Source: an uncultured Chlamydiae bacterium (GTDB taxonomy: Bacteria; Chlamydiota; Chlamydiia; Chlamydiales; JAJFMB01). Taken from it: a stretch of 64,000 nt of DNA. The notes under the pieces are model-generated. The model was not told the origin of the DNA. It did no database searches and was given only the letters and a program-made list of their open reading frames with translations. This document shows, piece by piece, positions 10,439 through 20,160 of this stretch. How positions within the stretch are numbered: position 1 is the stretch's first letter; each line of letters opens with the position of its first letter. The DNA is taken from NCBI GenBank assembly GCA_963696295.1, contig CAVOJR010000001.1:2592001-2656000 (forward strand), written 5' to 3'. The translations under genes were made by a program, and so were the position numbers.

Positions 10439-10554
10439 CTCCCGCTAGAAAATTCCTGCTGCGCAATATCTGCCTTTTTCCGATTGATAATCTTTATAAT
10501 TTATTGTTTAAATTGATTAAATAAATGTTATAATAAGTATAAAATGAGGTTTTT

Positions 10555-11316
10555 ATGAATAAACAAGATTTGTCAAATTTTATTCATGAGGAAATCAATC
10601 CTATCTTGGAAGAGCTGCTTCGTTTGAGGATTGATCAAAAAATAGAGCAGGAGGAGTTTATACCGAGCGATCTTTTGCCCATAGAAGCCCAAAAAGCAAA
10701 ACGGAGAGAAGAACTTTTGAAAATGCTTAATATTGAGGATAAGGAGAAAGCATTTGCGAACGGATTAGAAGTCTTTGAACGACTTTATCCGACCGTGCTT
10801 GACATGGATGAGCAGAAGCGTTTTGAGGAGGAAATGAGCGAAGTTCAAAAAAGAATCATAGCAACTATGGCCACAATCCCATCAAGTGACGATTCCATAG
10901 CAAAGCTTTACGGGATTTCCCCTTTCATGCTGGCCTGCATGTGGAGAGTGGCCAATGTGGCCTTTACAAACAACAATCTTGAAGAGGCTTTAGCTATCTA
11001 CGACACTATTCTCAATATAGATGAAAACCTCGATGCCGTGTGGGTCACTTATGCCGATTGCCTGTTGAATGCCGGACGCATTGACGAAGCTATCGCGGCA
11101 TACAATAACGCCAAAAGCTTAAATGGTGAAAATCCCAAGCCATTATTTGGCCTGATTCAAAGTGCCTCCATGCAAAATCATGAGCATGAAGCCTTCAATA
11201 ATCTTGACGTTCTCAAGGAATTGCTTACTAGAACGGGAAAGATGGAGGAATATCAGGAAATGTTGGCTTTATTAAGTGACCATATAAACAAACAATTTGA
11301 GAAGGAGGTGTTATGA
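10555..11316 (+). CDS. TPR protein, SycD/LcrH-like secretion chaperone
   Basis: Acidic protein with three TPR-like repeats in the C-terminal half; extended -10 TGtTATAAT at 10526-10534. Confidence 0.6.
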   Translation: MNKQDLSNFIHEEINPILEELLRLRIDQKIEQEEFIPSDLLPIEAQKAKRREELLKMLNIEDKEKAFANGLEVFERLYPTVLDMDEQKRFEEEMSEVQKRIIATMATIPSSDDSIAKLYGISPFMLACMWRVANVAFTNNNLEEALAIYDTILNIDENLDAVWVTYADCLLNAGRIDEAIAAYNNAKSLNGENPKPLFGLIQSASMQNHEHEAFNNLDVLKELLTRTGKMEEYQEMLALLSDHINKQFEKEVL

Positions 11317-11873
11317 ACCCACTGGATGATAGAGGGAGCACTGCACATTACCCACTAAACGAGCTTGGAAGAGCATACCAGGGCCAGGGGACTAAATTAA
11401 CCGTAGCGGAAACTGGTGGCTCTCAGACTAAAACAATACGAATGAAGGGATTTGATGATCCTTATACTCGTGAATACACTGTGCGCCACTCAGATGTTCC
11501 GAAAACTATAGGCCAGCTTGACGCTGCAATACAAGAACGTGAAAAATTTGAAAAAGAGCATAAATTAGCAGCAAAAATTGATAATTTTTTTGGGTTTAGT
11601 GATATAGGAAGATTTTTTAAAAGAGTAGGCGCAACATTGTCCTTGGCATTTGAGAAAACGATAGGAGGGGGTAATTCCTCCTTGATCGAAAGCGACTTAG
11701 CAGGGTACAACAATTTAAGCGAAAGGGCATCTTTGAATGATTTAAGGAGTTTAAGAACCCAATTAAATAAGTACATGACCGATCAAATAAATCTTAATGA
11801 AGAAAAAAATCCAACTATCATCCAGCCAATAAAGCAACAAGGTCAGCTATATCGGGGACACCATGTTTTCTAG
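11313..11873 (+). CDS. Hypothetical protein, candidate T3SS substrate
   Basis: ATGA overlap with the TPR gene; AGGAGG SD; AT-rich. Confidence 0.55.
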   Translation: MNPLDDRGSTAHYPLNELGRAYQGQGTKLTVAETGGSQTKTIRMKGFDDPYTREYTVRHSDVPKTIGQLDAAIQEREKFEKEHKLAAKIDNFFGFSDIGRFFKRVGATLSLAFEKTIGGGNSSLIESDLAGYNNLSERASLNDLRSLRTQLNKYMTDQINLNEEKNPTIIQPIKQQGQLYRGHHVF

Positions 11874-11932
11874 ATCTGATCCATAGAGAATCGTAGCATT
11901 TATTTATCCAATTCGTTATAATTACTGCCTTT

Positions 11933-12667
11933 ATGGAAGAAACTGTACGCATTTCCAAACTTTTATCCGAAAGAGGCGTTTGCTCAAGACGGGAAGCCGA
12001 CCGGCTGATCACCGCCAAGCAAGTGCTGCTCAACGGGCAGATCGTCTCGGAGCTTGGGACCAAGTGCTTGCCCACCGATGAATTGACTTTGCGGCCGTTT
12101 GCCCAGAAGATGCAGCAGGAAAAGGTAACGCTTATTTTGAATAAGCCCGTTGGCTTTGTCTCTTGCCAGCCCGAGAAGGGGTATCGGGAAGCTAAAGAAT
12201 TACTTGTCGCTGAAGCACAGCTGATAGGTCCTGACAATAAGAGGTGGGAGTCTTACCATTTGAAAAAGCTCTCGGTGTGCGGCCGCCTCGATATTGACTC
12301 CAAAGGACTGCTGGTTTTCACCCAGGACGGAGTGATCGCGAAGCAGCTGATCGGGCAGGATAGTGCGATTGAAAAGGAATATCTGGTTGCTTATCAAGGC
12401 GAAGCAACACCGCAAGCCCTTAATCTCCTGCGCTTTGGATTGGAACTGGACGGCAAGCCTTTGAAAAGGGCGGAAGTGAAGCTGAAAAGACCGGGATTAT
12501 TATCGATCACTCTTCGGGAAGGGCGGAAACGCCAGATCAGAAGGTGCATGGATATGGTCGGTTTACAGGTTTTGTCGCTGATCCGCATCAGGGTTGGCCG
12601 CGTTCTGCTGGGCACGCTTCCTTTGGGACACTTTAGATTTTTAGGTCCCAACGAATTTTTTGGTTAG
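11933..12667 (+). CDS. rRNA pseudouridine synthase (RluB/RluF family)
   Basis: S4 domain CSRREAD, GRLDIDSKGLL and EGRKRQIRR. Confidence 0.92.
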   Translation: MEETVRISKLLSERGVCSRREADRLITAKQVLLNGQIVSELGTKCLPTDELTLRPFAQKMQQEKVTLILNKPVGFVSCQPEKGYREAKELLVAEAQLIGPDNKRWESYHLKKLSVCGRLDIDSKGLLVFTQDGVIAKQLIGQDSAIEKEYLVAYQGEATPQALNLLRFGLELDGKPLKRAEVKLKRPGLLSITLREGRKRQIRRCMDMVGLQVLSLIRIRVGRVLLGTLPLGHFRFLGPNEFFG

Positions 12668-14079
12668 TCTTCGCCGAAAGTGTCTTGTCCAAAGGATGTG
12701 ACGCGGAAGACGAGCTTCTCTTTGTGCATCCCAATGGCCACCATGCCGCATTCAAACAATCGTCCGGAGATCGTCTCCTTGATAATCTGTTCGTCCGTTT
12801 CGGTGTAGTGGGAGCGGGTGTAGCTCCAGCGCTTCCCTTTATGCTTCAGCATGACCTCTTCCGTATCGCCGATTTGGGAGGTAAAGCCCTTCATAAAGTC
12901 CTCAAAATAAATCCAGCCGGTATGGAGGATGCGGCGCAGGTTCTTTTCCACTTCGCGCAAATCGCGTTCGGTGTAGGAAATGGAGAGGCGCTCGAGTGTG
13001 CGAAAACAGCTGCCGGGGTGGCGATAGAGAATCATCGCCTGTTCTTCCAGGGTCTTTTCCTGCCACTCTTCGGCTTTATGGTGGGAAGTCAGCCGATTTC
13101 CCTCCAAACGAGCCAGTTTTAATTGCAAAAGCTTGGCAATGAGATTTTTCACATGCACTTTCGGAGAAGAGAGCTGGGAATAATGGGGGAGGATGGAGAT
13201 GGAGTCTTCCTCATTTAAAAAGTAATCCTGATTATCCTCTTCTATGACCAAAGAACGGTTTTCCAATACTTTGAGAATCAGCCCCATGTCTTTTGTAAAG
13301 CCGAACTCATCAGGATGGTAGAGCTTGACGGGTTCTTTGACAGGCGCCGGGGTTGTATCCCTTTGGAAGAGCAGAAAATCGTGCCATTCGGCAAAAGGGG
13401 TGAGCAGCTCTTCCCATTGGTTTCCATTTTTCTGATATGTGGTGCAGGCGACAAGATGGTATTCCAGATTTAAGGCGTAGGCGGCGAATTGCTCAATAGA
13501 AAGATTGTATTTTTTTATGATATCCCGGCTCTTAAGGCAATAATCCTCGGCGCTGTAAATATCGATAAAAATTTCGTTTAAAATGGGATCCTCAAACGTA
13601 AGCTGTTTCAAATAAGAACTATACATTTTTGGAGTGTTCATATATTTTTCTAATATCGACAGAAAAATGTGATCGGAGGTTTTAGGAATGGCATACCAAA
13701 TAGGAAGGACGTGCAAAGGGATCTTATTCAGCAGGCCCTGCAAAAAATCGAGGCAGGGTTTGAACCCCTCTTCGAATTTCATAATATGCGTTTCAAAATA
13801 TTTGCGCAGTTCTTTGTCGACGAAGACCATTTTGTCCTGCCGCTGAATGAGGTGGATTTCCACGAATTTGTCCAAAACGGGGCAAACCAGGTTTGCATCG
13901 ATTTCCAGGTCGTCGGCAATCTGTTCGAGGTTGGTTGTTAAGGAGCCGTCAATGATTTCATGCAAAACTTTTGTCTCGAAGACGCTTAAGTTAGAGAGAA
14001 ACAGACGGTGCTGAATATCTCTTTGGTAGTTGTAGTCTTCCAGTAGGATCCGGTTTTTTCTAGGTTGATTAATAATCAT
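12664..14079 (-). CDS. Hypothetical protein
   Basis: 471-aa ORF with possible winged-helix segments. Confidence 0.75.
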   Translation of the reverse strand: MIINQPRKNRILLEDYNYQRDIQHRLFLSNLSVFETKVLHEIIDGSLTTNLEQIADDLEIDANLVCPVLDKFVEIHLIQRQDKMVFVDKELRKYFETHIMKFEEGFKPCLDFLQGLLNKIPLHVLPIWYAIPKTSDHIFLSILEKYMNTPKMYSSYLKQLTFEDPILNEIFIDIYSAEDYCLKSRDIIKKYNLSIEQFAAYALNLEYHLVACTTYQKNGNQWEELLTPFAEWHDFLLFQRDTTPAPVKEPVKLYHPDEFGFTKDMGLILKVLENRSLVIEEDNQDYFLNEEDSISILPHYSQLSSPKVHVKNLIAKLLQLKLARLEGNRLTSHHKAEEWQEKTLEEQAMILYRHPGSCFRTLERLSISYTERDLREVEKNLRRILHTGWIYFEDFMKGFTSQIGDTEEVMLKHKGKRWSYTRSHYTETDEQIIKETISGRLFECGMVAIGMHKEKLVFRVTSFGQDTFGED

Positions 14080-14322
14080 ATCAGATTCATCACCAATTGG
14101 TTAAGGGTTCTACGGTTAAATAGTGCAATTGGCGGTATCATTCTGTGATTCAATTAAATGACTTAACAGTGTTCAGAACTTTACGATCTCTTTACAGTTT
14201 ATTACACCCCCCGTTTTAACGCAACCTTAATAATAGATTTATTTTTTTGGGGATTTTTTATAAAAATCTTTTATATTTTCGCTGTATCCTATATAATCAT
14301 ATTTAGAAAGTGTGGAGGGGAT

Positions 14323-14568
14323 ATGGATATAGGTAGAGTGGATTCAAAAGATATAAGTCCTTTTCAGGCAGGAATCTACAGCGATTTTACGGTGCTAAAG
14401 CCAGAGTTGCCTCTTACCGGAGGCGAGCCGGTGGCATCAAACAGTGCGTTGCATAATATTTTACAACAAAGGATAACCGGCAATTATCATCTGGAGGGTT
14501 TGACCGGGGATCAGGCGGATCAAGTCTTATGCGACATCATTAATGGATTATGGGGGAAAGGGTTATGA
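14323..14568 (+). CDS. Small hypothetical protein, candidate T3SS-associated
   Basis: GGAGG SD; first gene of a 3-gene unit ending in a SycD-like chaperone. Confidence 0.55.
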   Translation: MDIGRVDSKDISPFQAGIYSDFTVLKPELPLTGGEPVASNSALHNILQQRITGNYHLEGLTGDQADQVLCDIINGLWGKGL

Positions 14569-14825
14569 AAAAAAAGAATCAAAAAGTGCAGCTGGCTCTG
14601 ATGCCAAGCCCGGAGTTGGAGCAGTCGATCGAAAATCTCGCTGATCTCGTTATAGAAAATTTGAAAAGCGGACCCCATCCCGAGTATGAGCCTTTTGAAG
14701 TGTACTCACAAAAAGTGCGTATGCACATTTATGAAAATATTCATGAATTCCGGCAGCGTTTTGTGCATGGGTATGAAGTTCTATTAGAAGAGATTATCAA
14801 GGAAAGAGAGCAAAAAAAACCGTAG
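14565..14825 (+). CDS. Small hypothetical protein
   Basis: ATGA overlap with the preceding ORF. Confidence 0.55.
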   Translation: MKKKNQKVQLALMPSPELEQSIENLADLVIENLKSGPHPEYEPFEVYSQKVRMHIYENIHEFRQRFVHGYEVLLEEIIKEREQKKP

Positions 14826-14832
14826 GGTCATT

Positions 14833-15345
14833 ATGGAACCTATTGAAGAAATGGAAGAATTCAGGATTCCAAAGGAAGCTTTGGAAAAGTTGAAAGATCC
14901 GGAGCTCCTGCGCCGCAAGATCAACGAAGGCAAGGTGCTGCAGGAGATCATCGGCTATACCCCTGAGACGATGGAGAAGTTTTACCAGATTGCGTACAAA
15001 CTTTTTCAGCATCAGCAGTATCAGGAGGCTGGCGACGCTTTCATTTTTCTAACGACTTTAAACCCTTATGTTTACAACTATTGGCTCGGGCTTGGGATGA
15101 GCGAGCAGCTCTGCAACAAGTTTGACGGGGCGCTGATAGCCTACGCCACTTCCATTTTGATCAAAGTGGAAAATCCCATTTCCCACTATCATTCCGCCAC
15201 CTGCTACACAGCCTTAAAAGATTACGGGAACGCCATTGCGTCCCTGGATCTCGCCATTATGTATGCGGGTGACCATCCTGAGTACGCCTCGATCAAAAAG
15301 CACGCTTTGGAGACAAAAGAGGCCCTGAAGCGAAAGGGCGTATGA
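14833..15345 (+). CDS. SycD/LcrH-family type III secretion chaperone
   Basis: FIFLTTLNPYVYNYWLGLG and ENPISHYHSATCY TPR pattern. Confidence 0.85.
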   Translation: MEPIEEMEEFRIPKEALEKLKDPELLRRKINEGKVLQEIIGYTPETMEKFYQIAYKLFQHQQYQEAGDAFIFLTTLNPYVYNYWLGLGMSEQLCNKFDGALIAYATSILIKVENPISHYHSATCYTALKDYGNAIASLDLAIMYAGDHPEYASIKKHALETKEALKRKGV

Positions 15346-15346
15346 A

Positions 15347-16303
15347 TTACGCTTGAAGGAGCCAAAATTGGATCTCGGGATGAATTTCCTGCACCCTAAG
15401 CGCCCACTCTTTTGCTTCCTCAACCGTCGGGAATATCATCGCGGCCGTCGCTAAGCCATCCGCCACGGCGCAGGTGGGGGCGAGGACGCTTGCGCTTGAG
15501 ATCGCTTTCGCATGGACCCGCAAGGGTTTGAGGGAATGGGGGTCGATGATATGGCAATAGGTTATTCCGTCCACAGTCCAGTTCTGCAGGTAATCGCCGC
15601 TCGTGGCAATCGCTTTGTCTTGCAGGGGAAGGGTGTCGATGGCATTGATTGCCCTTATGTCGCCAAAGCGGCTGATGAAGATGGTCCAGGGGCGCCCTTC
15701 GGGATGCTTTCCCGTCGCGCGGATCTCTCCGCCCCATTCGACAAAAATGTGGGTTAAGTTCAGGCGGTCCCGCAATCTTTCGAGAATGAGATCGATGGCG
15801 TATCCTTTGGCTATGCCGCTCAAATCGAGGGAGCATTCGGCGTGCTCTTTCCAGAAGAGGCCGTCTGCAAAGTGGATCTTTTTCCAGCCGACAAATTTGG
15901 CAGGAGATTCATCAGCGGGCAATATTCCCTGCAGCAGGGCGGCTCTCCACACCTTTTGCAGAGGTTCAATGGTGGGATCGAACCGCCCTTCAGTCAGGTG
16001 GTAGATCTCGTCGGTGATCTGGAGGAGGCGGAGGAGCTTTTCTGAAATGGGAACTTGGGTATTGGCCGTTAATTGGTTGAGGCGGGAGATTTCGGAAGCG
16101 GGATTCCACTTGTTATAAATCTGGTCGACCTCGGCAAAGCAGGCCTCAATGATCGCTTGGACAGCTTTTTTTTGGGCGGAGCTCAAATTTTCGCCAATGA
16201 GGATCCGGTAATCCATGGTCATGGCATTACCCGTGAATCGGGTGGTATTTTTTTGACATCCAAAGAGAATGAAGAGCAGGAAAACTTTAAGGATGTAATT
16301 CAT
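15347..16303 (-). CDS. apbE: FAD:protein FMN transferase (lipoprotein)
   Basis: LFGC lipobox; DLSGIAKGYAID, ATSGDY, HIIDP and ADGLATA. Confidence 0.93.
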   Translation of the reverse strand: MNYILKVFLLFILFGCQKNTTRFTGNAMTMDYRILIGENLSSAQKKAVQAIIEACFAEVDQIYNKWNPASEISRLNQLTANTQVPISEKLLRLLQITDEIYHLTEGRFDPTIEPLQKVWRAALLQGILPADESPAKFVGWKKIHFADGLFWKEHAECSLDLSGIAKGYAIDLILERLRDRLNLTHIFVEWGGEIRATGKHPEGRPWTIFISRFGDIRAINAIDTLPLQDKAIATSGDYLQNWTVDGITYCHIIDPHSLKPLRVHAKAISSASVLAPTCAVADGLATAAMIFPTVEEAKEWALRVQEIHPEIQFWLLQA

Positions 16304-17153
16304 AGCTTTGAAGCGTGTTTTGCAGAAGCATGGCGATAGTCATGGGGCCAACCCCTTTGGGAACCGGGGTGATAAAGCTGCATTTATGCTGAACCTGTTC
16401 AAAATCGACGTCTCCGACCAGGCGAAACCCTTTGGGATGGGCGGGGTCGGCGATTTTATTGATGCCGACATCAATGACCACGGCTCCTTCCTTAATCATA
16501 TCCGCCGTGATATACCTCGGCTGGCCGATAGCGGCGATCACGATGTCGCTCATCTTGCAAAGCTCTTTGAGCTGTCTGGAGTAGCGATGAGCTACTGTGA
16601 CAGTGGCGTTGCCGAAAGGGTGGTTTTGCATCAGCATCGCAGCCATGGGCTTGCCCACGATATTGCTGCGGCCGATGACGAGCGCGTGCTTTCCGGTCAC
16701 TTCGATGTTCAGCCGTTCAAAAATCATGCGGATGCCTAAAGGGGTGCAGGGGATGAAGCCGTCGGTGTCCCCGATCAGCAGTTTGCCGATATTGATCGGG
16801 TGGAAGCCGTCCACATCCTTCAAGGGATCGATCCTGTTGATCACTTGCATGGGGTTGATCTGCATGGGCAGGGGCAGCTGAACCAGTATGCCGTCCACGG
16901 CAGGATCTTGATTGAGCTGATCTACCTCTTGCAAAAGGTGCTCTTCCGAGATAGTCGGAGGCAGCTCCCTTTTGATGGAGATGATGCCCGCTTCTTTGCA
17001 CGCTTCGATTTTGCGCGTCACATAAATTTGCGAGGCGGGGTGATTGCCGACCAGAATAACGGCAAGACAAGGTCTTCTGCCGGGAAATTGCTCTATGGTC
17101 CGCTTGATTTCCGTCTGAATCTGTTTAGCTATGGCCGTGCCGTCTATGATCAT
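16287..17153 (-). CDS. folD: Methylenetetrahydrofolate dehydrogenase/cyclohydrolase
   Basis: DGILVQLPLP, KDVDGFHP, GRSNIVGKP and ITPVPKGVGPMT. Confidence 0.97.
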   Translation of the reverse strand: MIIDGTAIAKQIQTEIKRTIEQFPGRRPCLAVILVGNHPASQIYVTRKIEACKEAGIISIKRELPPTISEEHLLQEVDQLNQDPAVDGILVQLPLPMQINPMQVINRIDPLKDVDGFHPINIGKLLIGDTDGFIPCTPLGIRMIFERLNIEVTGKHALVIGRSNIVGKPMAAMLMQNHPFGNATVTVAHRYSRQLKELCKMSDIVIAAIGQPRYITADMIKEGAVVIDVGINKIADPAHPKGFRLVGDVDFEQVQHKCSFITPVPKGVGPMTIAMLLQNTLQSYELHP

Positions 17154-17259
17154 GATACCCACCATAACACAAATTCAGGAATAGATCCAGATTTTGGAAG
17201 AAATTTTTTTCCGGATCGTGTATTGTGGGAAATCATTAGGATTTCCTGAGGAGGAAAAA

Positions 17260-17721
17260 GTGAATCTCAAAAAATTATTTTGCTTAACAGCTCTTTGTTT
17301 ATTTTCTATTTTGTCTGCAGAAGAGGGTAATAAAGAATTGCTTCTGGCATATTTTCCCAGTCCCTTTGTTGAGGAGACGCTGCAGCGTTTCGATGTCCCC
17401 AAGGATAAGTGGGAAGTTATCAATCAGGAGCTTTCTTCGAAAGATGACGAAGTGATCCGTCTGGTAGATGAGAAAGCTTCAAAGATGGATCCCAATCCTC
17501 TTTTGGATGGGGGTCAAAAACAGGTGGCGGCTAAATTGTTCCGGGAGACGCTTTATCATGTCTTTTCCGAGGTGATGTTTGCCCACGGAGTGTCAGACGC
17601 TCAAAAGGTTCAGGAAATGCTCGACTGCATTCAGCAGTTAAAAGCGGAGCGATTCTATCAATGCATGCAAAATCGTAAAGTTCAGATTTCGCCTATTCCG
17701 GATGAAGAGCTTCCCGGATAG
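17260..17721 (+). CDS. Exported hypothetical protein
   Basis: GAGGAGG SD, GTG start and signal peptide. Confidence 0.7.
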   Translation: MNLKKLFCLTALCLFSILSAEEGNKELLLAYFPSPFVEETLQRFDVPKDKWEVINQELSSKDDEVIRLVDEKASKMDPNPLLDGGQKQVAAKLFRETLYHVFSEVMFAHGVSDAQKVQEMLDCIQQLKAERFYQCMQNRKVQISPIPDEELPG

Positions 17722-17768
17722 TGGTTCGAGGGGTTTTTCTTGAGTCGGGCCTGAAAAACAAGGGTTTT

Positions 17769-19019
17769 TCAGGGACGACTCTTTTGTCTCAAACGCTCGA
17801 AAAACTCCTTCCTCTTTTTCATCTCCCTTTCAAAACCCCTCTCCACAGGCTTGTAAAATTCCTGCCGCTCCATCTGTTCCGGAAAATAGTGCTGCCCTGA
17901 AAAGGCATGAGCTTCCTCATGGTCGTACCGGTAATCTTTACCGTAGCCTAATTCTTTCATCAATTTTGTGGGGGCGTTCAAAATGGTCGAAGGGGGATTG
18001 AGCTGCGAGGTCTGCTTTGCCAGCTCCCTCGCTTTTCCAAAAGCGGTGTAAACGGCGTTGCTTTTCGGGGATAAACATAAGTAAACCAGCGCCTCGGCCA
18101 AGGCCAATTCCCCCTCAGGCGAGCCCAGCATTTGATAGGCGTCCCGCGCGGCGATCGCTAAATTGAGCGCTTGCGGATCGGCTAGCCCGATATCTTCTGT
18201 CGCCATCCGGATGATTCTTCTCGCGAGAAATAGGGGATCTTCACCCCCCTCTAATATCCTGGCAAACCAGTAGAGGGCGGCATCGGGATCGGAACCTCTC
18301 ACCGATTTATGCAGGGCGGAGATTAAATTATAGTGCTGATCATCCCCCCGGTCAAACAGTGGAGCTCTTTTTTGCAGGATTTGCTTCAAAGAAGTTTCAT
18401 CGATTTCAGTCAGGGTGTGAAGATTTTCGATGAGATTGTAAAGGTAGCGCCCGTCGCCTTGCGCATACTTTAGCAATTCAAGTTTGGCCTCTTTAGAGAG
18501 ATTTAAAGGGGTATGCGCCGCTTCGTAGCGGGTGAGCAGCTTTTCTAACTCATCGTCATTTAATGAGTTAAGCGTCAGCACGCGCATGCGCGACAGCAGG
18601 GCGTTATTGAGATAGAAGGAGGGGTTTTCGGCAGTTGCCCCGATCAGGATGAGGGTGCCGTCTTCGATAAAGGGCAAAAAGGCGTCTTGCTGAGCCTTGT
18701 TGAAGCGGTGGATTTCATCGACAAAGAGGACGGCGCTGCTTTGAAACAGGGGTGTTTGTTTGACTTCCAGCACAATTTTTTTGAGGTCGCTGATCCCGCT
18801 GAAGGTCGCATTCAAATTGTGAAATGGCAGGGCAAAAGCTTTGGCATAGAGTCTCGCGATCGATGTTTTGCCGCAGCCGGGAGGGCCCCAGAGAATCATT
18901 GAGAGAGGTTTTTTGGAACGGATCGACTGTCTGATCACACCGCTCTCATTGAGCAGATGCTCTTGTCCGACAATTTCATCGATCGATTGGGGCCTTAGTT
19001 GTTCTGCCAGGGGTCTCAT
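17769..19019 (-). CDS. rarA: Replication-associated recombination protein A
   Basis: PLAEQLRP, WGPPGCGKT, DEIHRFNKAQQD and SALHKSVRGSDPDAA. Confidence 0.95.
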   Translation of the reverse strand: MRPLAEQLRPQSIDEIVGQEHLLNESGVIRQSIRSKKPLSMILWGPPGCGKTSIARLYAKAFALPFHNLNATFSGISDLKKIVLEVKQTPLFQSSAVLFVDEIHRFNKAQQDAFLPFIEDGTLILIGATAENPSFYLNNALLSRMRVLTLNSLNDDELEKLLTRYEAAHTPLNLSKEAKLELLKYAQGDGRYLYNLIENLHTLTEIDETSLKQILQKRAPLFDRGDDQHYNLISALHKSVRGSDPDAALYWFARILEGGEDPLFLARRIIRMATEDIGLADPQALNLAIAARDAYQMLGSPEGELALAEALVYLCLSPKSNAVYTAFGKARELAKQTSQLNPPSTILNAPTKLMKELGYGKDYRYDHEEAHAFSGQHYFPEQMERQEFYKPVERGFEREMKKRKEFFERLRQKSRP

Positions 19020-19537
19020 GATAAAAAATAATCCTTGCCCCTGCGCGGCCTTCCCCCAATCAAAACGGCCGGGGCGATATAAAAGATAAAGGCGTTTGCG
19101 GCATCGAACAGGGGCATGATGATCGCATCGGTAGCCATCCAGTGCCACGAAAAGGGGAGCGGTTTTTCAAAAGCCTGCTGAATGAGGTAGTGCACAAAGA
19201 GGGAAAGGGTGGAAAAACAAAAGGTCATCAGGGGCAATGTGCTGAGCCGGTCAGCGAAAAAATGTCTTTTTTGGGGGTAGAGGATAAAAGCGCAGAGGAC
19301 GTAGTTGAAGGCCGTGATGCCGAAGCGGTGATAGGAGGAGAGAAGATCTATCAGAAGACCGAGAAAAAGAGCCCATAGAAGACAAATTTTCAAGGGGCGC
19401 TGATAGAATGTGACAATGAGAAAAGGGGCGAAGAACATCAACCTTGCCGAAGGGAGCAGGATCGGTGAAAAAAGGGTGAACAATAAAGAGATCAAAAATG
19501 TCGGTTTAAGCCCTTTGTAAGCGAGGTTGAAGGTCAT
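19016..19537 (-). CDS. mreD: MreD-like membrane protein
   Basis: Hydrophobic 173-aa protein with GLLIDLLS..FG pattern. Confidence 0.6.
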   Translation of the reverse strand: MTFNLAYKGLKPTFLISLLFTLFSPILLPSARLMFFAPFLIVTFYQRPLKICLLWALFLGLLIDLLSSYHRFGITAFNYVLCAFILYPQKRHFFADRLSTLPLMTFCFSTLSLFVHYLIQQAFEKPLPFSWHWMATDAIIMPLFDAANAFIFYIAPAVLIGGRPRRGKDYFLS

Positions 19538-20160
19538 CAGTAGGCATCTTTGGAGTTGATTATTTCAGGAATCGTCTTGATGATGAGTTTCAGATCCTGC
19601 CTTAAAGAGAGGGAGTCGACATATTTTTCATCGAGCTGAAGCCTGTGGGCATAGGAGAGGCGGCTTCTTCCGGAGGTTTGCCAAATGCCTGTGATTCCGG
19701 GGCGGACGGAGAAAATTTTCTTTGCGCGCAACCCAAAGTGTTTTTCGATCTCCTCGCGCACAACCGGGCGGGGGCCGACGACGCTCAAATCGCCTTTGAG
19801 CACATTCCAGAATTGAGGCAGCTCATCGAGAGAGGTTTTCCGTAAAAATTTTCCGATCGGTGTGATCCTCGGATCGTGCGTTAGCTTTCTTCGCTCCTCC
19901 CACTCTTTTTTCAAATCGGGATTCTTTTCCAAAATCTCTTTTAAACGCTCATCAGCGTCGGGGTGCATGGTGCGAAATTTATAGCAGCGGAAAGGTTTGC
20001 AGCCCAGGCCGATCCTTTCATGGGCATAGATCACTTTGGGATTGCGGGTCGTGATAAAGATAAATAAACCTGCGATGAGGAAAATAGGGGCAGTGATGAT
20101 GAGGGCTAAGAGACTAAAACAAATATCAAAGGCTCTTTTTATTTTCCTGCGGTTCATCAT
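19537..20160 (-). CDS. Undecaprenyl-phosphate glycosylphosphotransferase (WcaJ/WbaP C-domain)
   Basis: KRAFDI, YKFRTM, SLDELPQFWNVLKGDLSVVGPRP and PGITGIWQ. Confidence 0.92.
   Translation of the reverse strand: MMNRRKIKRAFDICFSLLALIITAPIFLIAGLFIFITTRNPKVIYAHERIGLGCKPFRCYKFRTMHPDADERLKEILEKNPDLKKEWEERRKLTHDPRITPIGKFLRKTSLDELPQFWNVLKGDLSVVGPRPVVREEIEKHFGLRAKKIFSVRPGITGIWQTSGRSRLSYAHRLQLDEKYVDSLSLRQDLKLIIKTIPEIINSKDAY

Noticed and set aside
8136..10554. Chromosomal origin near dnaN-recF
   Set aside because: No dnaA gene and no cluster of DnaA boxes was seen.
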